Of a DNA stretch of 64,000 nt, positions 1 to 12,316 are shown piece by piece. Source of the DNA: Eledone cirrhosa (lineage: Eukaryota); NCBI GenBank assembly GCA_964016885.1, contig CAXHJY010000409.1, positions 109,535-173,534 on the forward strand, read 5' to 3'. The notes under the pieces were generated by a model that was not told where the DNA came from, made no database searches, and saw only the letters and a program-made list of their open reading frames with translations. The first letter of the stretch is position 1. The number at the start of each line of letters is the position of its first letter. Both the position numbers and the translations under genes were made by a program.

Positions 1-200
1 GATATGTAATGTTTATGGAAGATGACAAGAGGTTTCAAGAGGTGCAGGGGACTGAAAGTGATTGGAACTTGTAGAAGGCATAAACACAGGAAGAGACATG
101 GGACAAGGTAGTGAAGACTGACCTCAAGAAGCTGAACTTCATGATAGAGATGACAAAAAGCCATGATGGTTGGCAACATGTGGTGATAGAAACAACCTAT
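1..200 (+). mobile_element. Degraded 3' end of RTE-clade LINE
   Basis: Translates to ...WDKVVKTDLKKLNFMIEMTKSHDGWQHVVIET, matching the C-terminus of the RTE copy at 20090-20190 (WDEVIKADLTQLHLSKTMTHDRDFWRHAVIQ). Confidence 0.7.
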
Positions 201-262
201 ACATGCAAGGTGTCCCTTAATTCCCTTTCTTTCTCCATCAACTATCCTCTCTCCTACATCTA

Positions 263-525
263 TACTCCACCCCTTCTAACCCTCACTATCACCCTACATT
301 ATACCCTCTACCATGTAGCAAGGTGTCACACTCCACCCCTTCTAACCCTCTCACTATCACCCTACATTATACCCTCTACCATGTAGCAAGGTGTCACACT
401 CCACCCCTTCTAAACCCTCTCACTATCACCCTACATTATACCCTCTACCATGTAGCAAGGTGTCACACTCCACCCCTTCTAACCCTCTCACTATCACCCT
501 CTACCATGTAGCAAGGTGCCACACT
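263..525. repeat. Minisatellite, ~69-bp unit, ~4 copies
   Basis: Repeated actccaccccttctaaccctctcactatcaccctacattataccctctaccatgtagcaaggtgtcac. Confidence 0.9.
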
Positions 526-1002
526 TGGCCCCACTATATTTAATCCCTCCAATGTTACCCATTATTATTCATACCATTACCATTGTACATCAATATACTC
601 ATGTAAAAGTTGATCCTATGTAAAAATCCACCCATTTTATGCAAAAATGTTAGGATGTTTCCATGGATCTCATAAAAGTTGACTAGTTCTTCACAGAGAA
701 CAGATTAAGATTTAGAAATGAAGGGATTATCTTTAAAATAAATGTTACAATGAAGAAATGAAGTTTTCTACTTTATTATGTAGTGAAAGGGGCTGAAATA
801 CCTACAGAGTTACTTCATCACTTGGTGAGACATTGGCTCCTGCATTCAGATACAGAGTACAGCAGCACCCTCAATACAGATCTGTATTTACCGAGCATTT
901 CATCTGGTTTACGAAAGTGGAAATATTTATAAGAGCTACACAACCTTATTTATGTGTTTTGGTAGTAAGAACAAGTGTTTTGATGTTCAGAAATATTGGT
1001 AT

Positions 1003-1190
1003 TAGGATTGGCAGTATCGGTAGAAGGTCAGACACAATGCTTTGCAGCATAGAGTTACGCTTCTTTACGGTCTGAGTTCAAACCCTGCCAAGATTAACTT
1101 TGCCTTTCATCCTTACAGGGTCAATAAAATAAAGTACCAGTGATGCACTGGGATAATTGCTGGCCTTGTGCCAAAAGTAGAAACAATTAT
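1003..1190 (+). mobile_element. tRNA-derived SINE (family A)
   Basis: A-box-like tggcagtatcgg, B-box-like gagttcaaaccc, conserved core ctttgcctttcatccttac..gtc.ataaaataaagtaccag, tail ggccttgtgccaaaagtagaaacaattatt. About 20 copies in the window. Confidence 0.9.
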
Positions 1191-4100
1191 TTACTGTAAT
1201 TCACGGTTTTTGGTTTTTATTCATTTAGAGTCTATTTGGGCTTCTGTTTATTGATACAGTATTTGGGATTGTAGACTGAATTTCAGGGGTGTATATTGTG
1301 GACGAGTTAGGGGCAGTGTTGTATACTCACATCAGGGGTGTATATTGTGAGTATAACCACACCAGGGGTGTATATTGTGTGTGTGCTAGGGGTATATTGT
1401 GGGTGTATTAGAGAAATGTTGTATAGTCACATCAGGTGTGTATATTGTGGGTGTACGAGGGAAGTGTTGTATAGCCAACCATCTTGCTCAGAGTCTACCC
1501 CTGGGTCTCCAGCCGGTTGGTTTTGACCATGAAATCTGTCCTGTGATTCTTTGCTGAGACATTCTAACCACTTGTCCCTAATATCGGAGTTGTGATCTCT
1601 CAATTCCTAATCATTTTATTTTTGCAGTCTCCTCATATAATCTGGTATTAATTTATTTCTATTGTCAGAAATAAAGCTTTAAGTCAAGTTGAAGTGAAGT
1701 GTGGGGCCATTACCTGACAATATCAGCTGTTGTTTACAATAATAGAGGGGAACAATTTGGAAAGTTGTGTTGATTAATTCATTTAAGTGGCTGCACTGAA
1801 AAGGAGTGTACTGATGCAATTGAAACAACGATGCTCATTTCATGATGAAATAAAAGAAATGTTTGTTTCTTAAAACAGAAAAATAGAACTGTCGTACAAG
1901 TGAATTAAATAAAATTGTTTGATGCTCCTATGTTTATTATACATAAGATAAATTATTTGGTGCTTTTATATTTATTATATATAAAATAAATCTATATTTA
2001 TTATAAATAAGATAAATTTCATCTTATTTTGTAATCTACAATTTATAGCATACAAAACATTCCGTTTCTTTATGCATGGCAATTCATATAATTTACAATC
2101 TGTATTATGTAGAGAAATGGCCTCAAGTCTATTTATATTTTTAGTAATACTTAAGCCAGAGTGTTAGATTGAGCACTATAACAGTACACATGGTGTATAT
2201 GTGTTTATGTATGTATGAATGTATCTATGTATCTGTGTGTGCATGTATTTATGTGTATGCATGCATTTATGTGTGTATGTATACTGTTGCCTTCCTCCTT
2301 AAGGACACATTTTAACAACACACAATTCAAAAGATTAACAAGTTTAATGTAATCTGTATTAGCATTCCTTCCGTTGTGAGGTTACATTAAAATCTAAAAT
2401 AATTATATTATATTTCCGTCTTACAAAATAAACGAACTGTATGTGTGTGTGTGCGTTTATATGAGGTGGGAGGCTTTAGAAAAACAACATAATTATTCTG
2501 AAAATAGTCTTCATTTATGCTAAAAGCCACAAAACCTCAAAATTAGGTTCTTAATCATAGCAGTTATTGAAATACTGCAAACATAAGCATATGTTAACAT
2601 TAAACACTATATGAAATCACACGCCCATATTAAGGAGAGGGGGAAAAAAACATTCTAAGGGAAATATTTTAATTGTTTTGATAACACTTCATATTTACTA
2701 TCTTGTGAGGTTAAAAACAATAGAATTATTTACGTTTTCAACAAATATCTGTGATCGATACATCGGAAAATACAAATGCTTTCATTTTAGCCAAGAATGA
2801 TAAAATGAAAATTCAGTCACTCCCTTTTTCGAAACTGTAATTAAGTTTCAGTTTGTTTATGTTTTTTTTTTAATTAGTTTTATCTTAATGAGGATGTCTT
2901 GATAATTGGAAACTGTCCAAGACAACGAGGAAACCACTATGCAGTCTCTAGATTTAGTCGAAGTAGTAACTAAATAGCAACTCGAATTACATACTCGGAT
3001 TTTGGTTTTTATCTTTAATGAATGTAATCTTAGATAAAGTATTGTTGAGGAAAACATAGATTGGTCATAGTTGAAATGATCGGTGTAATCGACTATGACT
3101 GACCTAAGGCTAAATAACAACCAGAATTTGTACTTGTTAACATTTTAGATTAGCATAAAAGACAGGTGTTGGTTCGTTAATTAAACAGGTGTTATTTTTT
3201 TAACGAGATCCCATTTCTTAATATAACAATTATGGTGATTTTTATTTTTATTTAAATAACTCCATCTAAATATAGTTTTAAGAGCGGAGATAAGGAAAGC
3301 TTTAAATAAAGAAATATTAACATATAAACATGTATAGAGTATTATATCTAAACATAAAAATCAACGCAAGCAAATCATGTTCAAGTACCACACATAAACG
3401 GAAACATTCCCATTGTAAACAGTTTTTACTGTACCCTAAGACCTAAAACAGAAAACGAAATATTGTGATATTTAAAGACATATTTGTCATATTTTAAATG
3501 AAGGAATACAATGATGTAATTATCTTAAGAAAATATCTCTTTAAGAAGAAAAATAGCAAAGAAGACAAGCAATAGTATCGATCTACTGTATTCTTCAAAT
3601 ATTTGCCACAATTCAAACAATAATACGCGCCCATGTACACATAACTCTCACAAATTGTGTATATAGATTAGTGAACAAGATTTTAATGTTTACAAACGGA
3701 GCATAAACAGTACTCAATACACAGAGTACAGTGCAGGTATTTTATCACAAGTTGAAGATTATTGAATCATAACTCTTAAACAAAATCCTTTGAACAATTG
3801 AAAAAAAGTGGTCAAAATACTCCACCTTCTTTATATATATATATATATAGTAGTTTAGAAGGAATTTAAGATTTATTATTTAAATGCTCTGTGTCCTTGC
3901 ACTCGTACAATATCCTAAAATTATTACCCAACAGATTACACCTTGGATGAATCGGTTCATTCTATCTGTGGATTATAGAATCACATTAAGCTTGAAAATG
4001 ATTAGCTTAACTTTACCAATTTTAATCTTTTAAGCAAACACACACCCCTATATATATATATATAAAGCACAATAATATATAATAATATTGACTAAACTTA

Positions 4101-5544
4101 CCGTAATGTTATATTTCAACCATTATATATGATACAACAGTAATAATCCCATGAAATAAGAGAAAGAAATGTTAACCAGCTGAACTAAACATGTAAAATC
4201 TATTTACATGGAATTTGGGCAGTAGGTTTTACTGGTTATATAAATTGAAATGTTTTTGCAAACTTTGAATGTCTAGAAAAATGATTGACTGTATTGCATA
4301 AATGAAAAAATTGAGTGTATATATATGTGTGTGTGTATCTGTTAAGATGAATAATCTGTACAAATCAGAGCAGCGTTGTGGTTATATTATTGTCCAGGGT
4401 ATGAAGATTGCAGATATGAAACTACAATGATAGAACTAGAAGTACATCATATATATATGTGTGTGTGTAGGTAGATTATGAGAAAATAGATGCAGTAGGA
4501 CTAGGGCGAACTACTTTAAAAAATCTATTTGATAATAAGACTTGACTAAGCTAAATATTAAGACCAGTGGAAGCCACAATAGCTCCCAACAGGCAAGAAA
4601 CCTGATAAGGTTTGAAGTAATACTGACGACATGTCAGAAGATTGTTTCGAGTTTTGTTGATTCCATGTGATGTCACAGTCTTCCTCTCTGTACAGTTGTC
4701 CGGATATCCGGTTATAATGTTAAAAAGTGGGCGGGGACATAACAAAAATTCAATCATTATATACACTACACCGAGATTTTTTAATATCATATTTCATTTT
4801 TATTATTGTAGTTGTATTTTGAATTCTAAACGCTCTTTCAGCTGTCTTTAATATCACATTTGTTTTTTTGTTATTTTTTCTGAGTAATATACTGCTTTAC
4901 CTGGATGATTTTTTTTTATAGATTCTCAGTCGATAGCAATAAAACTGGTTCTATAACCGAACTATTATTTCTCATCGACGCGGTACAGGATTAAGGTGGT
5001 ATTGTTTTTACTATTACACCCGGGTGCAATAGTAATTTTTTTAATGGATTTTAAGGATAGTTAGTTGATAGATTCAGTTAGAATTTTGAAAGTTAAAGGC
5101 TTTTAAAACAGTCGTAAGTTACTCGTTTTCTGTGGTTCCTCCGCCCAAGAATTCCATTACACCTGTCCCTGAGACGGGTGTAATAACAACAATTTACCAA
5201 TAAAATATATTTATCGTATACATATTTGCTTTTTCACTCTTTCAGTCTCACAAATGTACAGAGATTTACTTTTAATTTCTTCACGGCTTCTTTTCCTTCT
5301 CTGCAAGGTAGAGGCTACTAGGTAAACAAACCCAAACTTAAAAATTTTGTCTGCAGGGTACAGCTGATACATACTGCTAAGACTGGAGTGTAGAGTCTGT
5401 CGCTCCCTCACCCTTTCCATTTCTTTCGTTGCTTAATTTCTTTTTTCTTTTTCGTTATCTTATTGTATAGTTTTTATCATAATTTCTCTTTGGTTTAATA
5501 AACTTATATTGTTGCTCAAAATCATTAAAAATAATATTATATAA

Positions 5545-6090
5545 TGAAAATGGTTTCTGATTTAGGCACAAGGTCAACGATTTTGTCGGGAGGGGAAAGT
5601 TGATTAAATCGATCTCAGTGCGTTATTGGTACTTTATTTTATCGACTCCGTAAGGATGAAAGATAAAGCTAACAGCGGCAGGATAACATTATTGTTATTA
5701 TAGGGCTTGGCAGTATCGGTAGAGGGTCGGACGCCATGCTTTCCAGCATAGTTACGTCCCTTTACGATCTGAGTTCAAATCCCGCCGAGGTTGACTTTGC
5801 CTTTCATCCTTACGGGGTCGATAAAATAAAGTACCAGTAATGCACTGGGTAATTGCTGGCCTTGTGCCTAAAGTAGAAACAATTATTGTTATTATAGGGC
5901 GGTGGATAGGCAGTATCGGTAGAGGTTCGGACGCCATGCTTTCCAGCATAGAGTTACGGCCCTTATCATTCTGAGTTCAAATCCCGCCGAAGTTAACTTT
6001 GCCTTTCATCCTTACGGGGTCAATAAAATAAAGTACCAGTTATGTACTGAGTAATTGCTGGCCTTGTGCCAAAAGTAGAAACAATTATTG
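5545..6090. mobile_element. SINE family A cluster: partial minus copy 5545-5685, then two tandem plus copies (5700-5885, 5895-6090)
   Basis: Same head/core/tail as 1003-1190. Confidence 0.9.
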
Positions 6091-6709
6091 TTATTTGTTA
6101 TTCCTTAGGCAGGGATTTGTAATCATGGTTACCATCTACACATACGTTTAAACTCCACACATTTCTAATACAGACGTGTACGTGGAATTTTATGGCTTTC
6201 TGTTTTATGATGAACGAACAAAAAGTAACTTTTATAATATATAAACACGTCACAAAAAAGTCGTGCTGCAATTTCTCTAAAATAATTTCTGAAGCAAGGT
6301 AGTATGCGACATTGCCGTGGGTGATAGTGTGGCTAAGACACATGAATAACTAAGTACCCTCGCAGGCATCACTTGATACCTCGCTAAGGTGAACCACCGA
6401 TGTCAGCGGCCCAGCTACCACTAATGCCTGGAATGCCAGACTGAAATTAATAGTCTGCCGATAATTCCTGTAGTTAACACGCTGAAGCTTTGCTATACCG
6501 TTTCTGCGCCAATCTATGTTTGACAACAAAAGGGATAACTTGTATTTAATAGCCGTGTTTAGTTCCAAGTCACTGTGATTTACTTCCCTTTAATTAAGAT
6601 GGTAAAGCTCTAATTTGACCAAAGTCGTATTAAGACTTTTGAATCCTTGACCACTGGCAAGATTGGGACCCCCCCCCCCTTTTATGGACCTCAGTTTAGA
6701 TACATTACA

Positions 6710-9700
6710 TTTTTTTTATGGAGGTAAAATTTTTATTATACAGAGCATATAATTAAATTTACAGTAGAATAACATAACAAATATGTTTTAAATATATACA
6801 TAAATACCATTACAAATGCTTAGACATTATAAATTGCTCGCGATTCTTTCAGAAGGATATATTCTTTTAATGTTACAATATTAAAGAAAATATAAAGGAA
6901 GGGGTGAACAACGGAGCCAACACCAGAGCAAAAGACAGCAACGTCGCGAGGAGTACAGGGAAACCTCTCTAATTATTTTTGAGGCAAGCCAGCACACTCG
7001 CAGCGTTGCCTCGGGTGATGGCAAGGCTAATGCGCTGGAACAGCCAAGCGCTCTCGCGAGATTTGCCAGTCACCTCTATTAGGTGAGCCGCCAGTGAAGA
7101 AAGGAACCTTGCAGTCAGCAGCCCGATTCCCCTAAACGTCATAGGCTGAAAAATGTAGCTGGCCTACAGATCAGAGTATTTGAGGGTCTTACTCCGCTCG
7201 GCTGCGGAAGCTATGGCTCTCGTCCTAACCGCAGCACCCAGGATGTGGGGAAAAGCAAAAGAGGCACTAACAGTGACGTCCCAGACAAGGCACCTGCCTC
7301 TCATATCAGGGGCACAGAGTAAGACCGTCAGGTCTTTTGCCGTCACCTCTGGACAACCCAGATGTTCTAAGATTGAGGGGATGTTCGCCCGGGCCAAAGC
7401 TCTCTTGAGAATGAGGTTTAGCTCCGTGTGACACGCGAAGCGGCCGGCATTCAGGCGGCAAGAAAGACCATGGAGACCTGTAGAGTCTGAGGGCAATGGA
7501 GACATGAAGTTCGTCCAGGCTGAGTAGGCCACCAACGTTGGCCACGGGTAGGGCATCGACCCAGTCGCCTGAGTATTTGGCGCTGGCAGATAGTAAGCGG
7601 TACCTTGCAAACTGATCTGACTGGACGAAAAGGGAGTCGAAGGTGGCTTTCGAACTTATGCTGTCCCAAGTTCTCTGACTTCGACTGTCCTCCACCTTCT
7701 CAGGAAGAGACAAGCCCTACTCACTCCATTGCTGGAGAGCTTCACCCAACTCCCTGTTGGAACTAGTCCATATTGGAGAGGAGAGGATGCTGCTCACCAG
7801 GGTGGAGCAAGCGTGGGTGGAGGAAAGGAAGCAGGGGAGAGAGAGGGACGCCAAATCGCTTGGGCAACGTAGCCTGATCGCGGGACTCTGGAGAGAGTCT
7901 AACATTGACCAGGCACTCGAGTCTCTCGAAGATTAGGTCGTCGAAGCGTTGGAGGCAGGACGGAAATCTGTGAGAGGGGCTGACCCTGAGCAGATACAGA
8001 AGCTTAGGAATAGACAAGTAGTTCCTGAGTATGAAGAAACCTTGATGGGGTTCGATAACTTCAATATTCTTCAGCAGCTTCTCAAGGCCAACCATCTTCG
8101 ATTGGAAGATTGACTCGAAGTCAAGGTCTTGGTACTCCTCAGGAGCCCCTAAGGAGCACCAAGCTGACGGGAGAGGGACGGCGATGGAAGGGAAGGACTC
8201 TGCAAACAGGTCGATTAGCTGTTGGTGTTGAGAAGCCGGGTGGTTGAGGATCCAGAGCTCATATTTGGAGCTATTGGCCTGGAAAACCCGGCGGCCAAGC
8301 TCCTCAACCATTTTGTTGGCAGTGGCGAGAACCATATCCGGAATCCCCCCCACCCCAACCAAGCGTCTTCGAGGTACCAGACATTGAGGTCCAACTCAAC
8401 CCCCATCTTGGTGACGTCATCAATGCCCAGTGCAAACAGAGCGGATCCGAGGGGGTAGAGTTGTGGGACCCTCTCTCTTACTGAGCCGAGGACGACGTCG
8501 CGGCTGACGGAGTTAAAAGCGTTCCTGAGGTCAAGTTTGCGGATGACCTTGGGGGACGAGGAGGGCAAGTTGGTAAAGGCTCTCGTAGCGTTGACAGCAG
8601 CCTCACATCCCAACTTGGTACCCACCCTCAGCTGGATGGGGGAAATATCCTCCACCAGTGAGTTGGAGACCAACAGCAAACACGCCTTTGCAATGGAGCG
8701 CAGGTCTTCGTTGGGCTTGGTGAGACCAAATACCTTCGTACCGAAGAACAGTGGGTGGATGAACGAGAGAACGTTCACTGAAGAGAACTAATTCACAAAC
8801 TGAGTCAGACTCTCCAAGAGCTCGAGTTCCGCGTCACAGGCCGATAAGAAGATACCATCCTTGAGATGTTGAGGACAAAGGCCGTCAATTCCCGCGCCTG
8901 ACCCAGCGGGGAAGGATGAAATCGCCTTTCTTATGATATCAGTGGTGTAAACCGGTCTCGAGTATTCTGGTGGTTCGGGCCAGTGTAGCTGATCATCTGG
9001 GGGTACCGATGGGTGTTTCTCTTGCAGACGCTCAAGAGAATCAGAGTTACATGGAGCGAGGGAGGACAGAGAAGAGAGGAGACGGACAGCCCCTTTAATG
9101 TCAAATTCGCTGAATTTAGCATTGAGCGCTCGCTTGAGGTCTATCGGTTGTCTGTTGGTGTACATCGGGCTCGATGTAGAACTGAGGTGAGATGTGGTTG
9201 GGGTAGACTCAAACAGCTGGAACTTCCGCTTGAGAGAGGACGTGAGGGAACCCGAATTCGCATTGTGCACGTGAAGAGAGATGAGAGAAAACAAAAACAA
9301 TTTCTGCCAGTCAGACCTATTGTTGGACGAGCAAACGTTTTTCAGTAAATTAGAGAAGGCACGTGCAAAGCTATTCCGAGCTCCGTTGGGGATCCGGTTA
9401 ACGAGCTTTGATTTGGAGAAACCCTGGAGGGCTGTGGCAAAGACCTCGGTAGAGAGTTGGTCATCGAAGCGTGGGGCATCCCCACGGAATAAGTCGGAGC
9501 TGAAGTGGCACCGATTACAGGTCCAGTATTGAAGCCTTTCGGCTTGAGCTTTGGTGATGCTGACACAGCTTCTGTGGTAGCTTGCGTGGCATAGGTGTCA
9601 TTTAATTGTCTTTTAGTACCGGCTAGTGCGGGCACAGAGAGCGCAATCAGGTGGTGGGCTGTCAGCAGTCGGCAGTAGAGGGCCAGCGTTGGAATTCGGT

Positions 9701-10330
9701 GGAGGGAGTGAGTCAGTAAAGGAAGCAGCAGTGGTTCTAACGGTGGGACTAGAGTGGAGGTTGGGTGGTGGGCTAATAGTTGTAGGGGTGGTGGGGTTTG
9801 TCGGGTTGAATTCGCTCGGAATCTGCGGTGAAGAGGATAGGTGGGGACAATTTAGCTCCTCTCGTGCGTGCCGAAGTTGGTGGAGAATGAGAGGTTGAAG
9901 GCTGACATAGTCGTTCCACCAAGCAGGTCTCTTGGTCGTTCGACACATGCCTCCGCCACCTAGAGTGGACTAGGTTAAAGTGGTGGCAACTTTATCAATC
10001 GGCAATCGCCGGTGATAGTTCGATCGAAACATCGGGCCACCGACGGGTTGAACGAAGACATAGGTGGGCTGTGTGTGAGGACGAAGTAAGGGGTGATCAG
10101 AGGAAGGGATAGAAAGTGGAGAATGGGGAAGAAGATTATGAAGGTGAGTGTGGTCATGTGAGAGGCAGGTAAATACAGTGGGAGAGAAAGAGCAATGAAC
10201 ATGCAAAGAGAAGGAAAATAAAAACGCTAGAAATACAAAATCTAAGGCTGTGAGTTTGCGTAATAGTTCGCATGGGTAAATCCGCAGTAAAATAAGAAAT
10301 TGTGAGTTTGTGTGAAGAAAAAAAAAACAC
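6710..10330 (-). mobile_element. Decayed CRE-like non-LTR retrotransposon (PHD-like finger, RT, Zn knuckle, restriction-like endonuclease)
   Basis: Frameshifted ORF pieces give RIPNGAR, SGAGIDGLCPQHLK, KLDLRNAFNSVSR, PLGSALFALGI, WYLED (YLDD-like), HGLSC..H, GKRPDG..LVWDVTV and C-terminal WLFQRISLAITRGNAASV, typical of CRE-clade RLE elements. Boundaries are approximate and no TSD was identified. Confidence 0.85.
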
Positions 10331-11044
10331 ATGGGCAAGACTTCAGTAAAATCAAAACCTGAATGTTAGTGATACAAGATGTTTACAATTACAGAGTGAT
10401 TAGATTACTGGTCCTGAATTCTATCAAGTGGCCAAAGCTTCTAATTCTGTGAAATAGAATGGAAGTATGGATTGACCTTTCAGTCACACCTGCTGACTAT
10501 AAATAGATTCAGGTTATTTCAAGAGGGAGATGGGATGGTGCCATGTGTTATCTCTTCTTATGAAACTAGTGGCGATTCCTCGTTATTTATAATTATTCAT
10601 TTTTATTTTATTTTTGGGGGGTTTGTTTTTGAAAAATTGTAAGTGTACGTTAACGAGGAATGTATAATTGTGTGATACAATTGCTCCAGGTTAGTTCCAT
10701 GCGTTGTTGCCACAATCGATCCTTTAAAAAATTTTTTTTTTCCTTTTGTAGATTGTAAATGGTAAAATCCGTTCGAATGTCCCTGGGAGTTACCAACGGA
10801 ATAGTAAAATCCAGTTCTTTGAAGAATACTTTCAAGTTATCTCAGACAAAGCACACACTCGTGAGGAAAAAGGGAAAATGCTTACCTCGTTTGGTGTTGA
10901 ATTTGTAGGTCCAGAAATGTTTTCCAATCACAAGAAAGTGCACATACATACATATATGTATATAAACAGATGCATATATTAATGAACATGTATTTCACAT
11001 TAAACACCAGTAAGAGGGACATCAGTAAATAATAATTGATATTA

Positions 11045-11400
11045 CTTTTTGGCACAAGGCCAGCAAATCACCAATGCATTACTGGTACTTTATTTTATCG
11101 ACCCCGTAAGGATGAAAGGCATAGTTAACCTCGGCGGGATTTGAACTCAGACCGTAAAGGGACGTAACTATGCTGGAAAGCATGACGTCCAACCCTCTAC
11201 CGATACTGCCAATTCAAATAATTGTTTCTACTTTAGGCACAAGGCCAGCAAATCACCAGTGCATTACTGGTACTTTATTTTATCGACCCCATAAGGATGA
11301 AAGCAAAGTCAACCTCGGCGGGATTTGAACTTAGATCGTAAAGGGACGTAACTATGCTGGAAAGCATGGTCTCTGACTCTCTACCGATACTGCCAATCCA
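11045..11400 (-). mobile_element. Two tandem SINE family A copies
   Basis: Reverse complement of the SINE consensus, twice (11045-11215, 11218-11400). Confidence 0.9.
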
Positions 11401-11734
11401 AACGATATTTAGATATAAATGTACATATCTCTATTTGGGTTTTTTTTTCTTCCCTGTGTGTAGCAACACGTGGTTGTGTGTGTTGCTGCTGACTCTTGCA
11501 GAGCCCAAGAAAAACGTTTTACCCTGCTGACAGTGTTATATATATGATTACCAATCTGGCACTGGAACACCTTCCCCACTAAAAATATGGAGTCCCTCTT
11601 TATTAGAGGCCTTAAACACGTTTATTTTGTTTAATAATCAATCCAGGGCTGAATTCGAGGGAAATTTAGCTGTTGTTATGAACTGGTCTGACAACTACTT
11701 AAAATGTCCCTAGTTGTCTCGTTGCTTATTTATT

Positions 11735-12302
11735 CGGTAGAGCGTCGAACATGCTTTGCGGTATAGAGTTGCGTCCCTTTCCGTTCTGAGTTCAAATCTC
11801 ACCGATGTAAACTTTGCCTTTCATCCTTACGAGATCGATAAAATATAGTACCAGTCACGCAATGAGTTCGATTTAATCGACTTTTCCCTCCCCTAAAATT
11901 GTTAACCTTGTGCCTAAATCGGAAACCATTTTTATTATATAATATTATTTTTAATGCTTTTTGAGCAACAACATTAGTTTATTAAACTAAAGAGAAAATG
12001 TGATAAAACTGTACAATAAGAAAACGAAAAAGAAAAAAAGAAATTAAAGAACAAAAAAAGGGTGGGTGAGGGAGCGACATATTCTATAGTAGAATGTATC
12101 AGCTGTACCCTGCAGACAAAATGGTATCGATAGAGGGTCGGACGCCATGCTTATCAGCATAGAGTTACAACCCTTTACGGTCTAAGTTCAAATCCCGCCG
12201 AGGTTAACTTTGCCTTTCATCTCTATGGGGTTGATAAAATAAAGTACCAGTAATGTACTGATATAAATTGCTGGCCTTGTACCAAAAGTAGAAACAATTA
12301 TT
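11735..12302 (+). mobile_element. Two SINE family A copies (11735-11935, 12122-12302)
   Basis: B box gagttcaaatc/aagttcaaatccc, core and tail present. Confidence 0.85.
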
Positions 12303-12316
12303 GTTGTGTACCATAA

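Noticed and set aside
5895-5990. tRNA gene-like A/B boxes
   Set aside because: These are SINE heads followed by the SINE core and tail, with no cloverleaf.
6100-6660. Higher-complexity stretch with short ORFs next to the CRE 3' end
   Set aside because: No recognisable protein motif, RNA fold or splice pattern.
9960-10400. HDV-like ribozyme or specific target site (snRNA/SL) at the CRE 5' end
   Set aside because: I could not identify the nested pseudoknot, a known target sequence or a TSD by eye.
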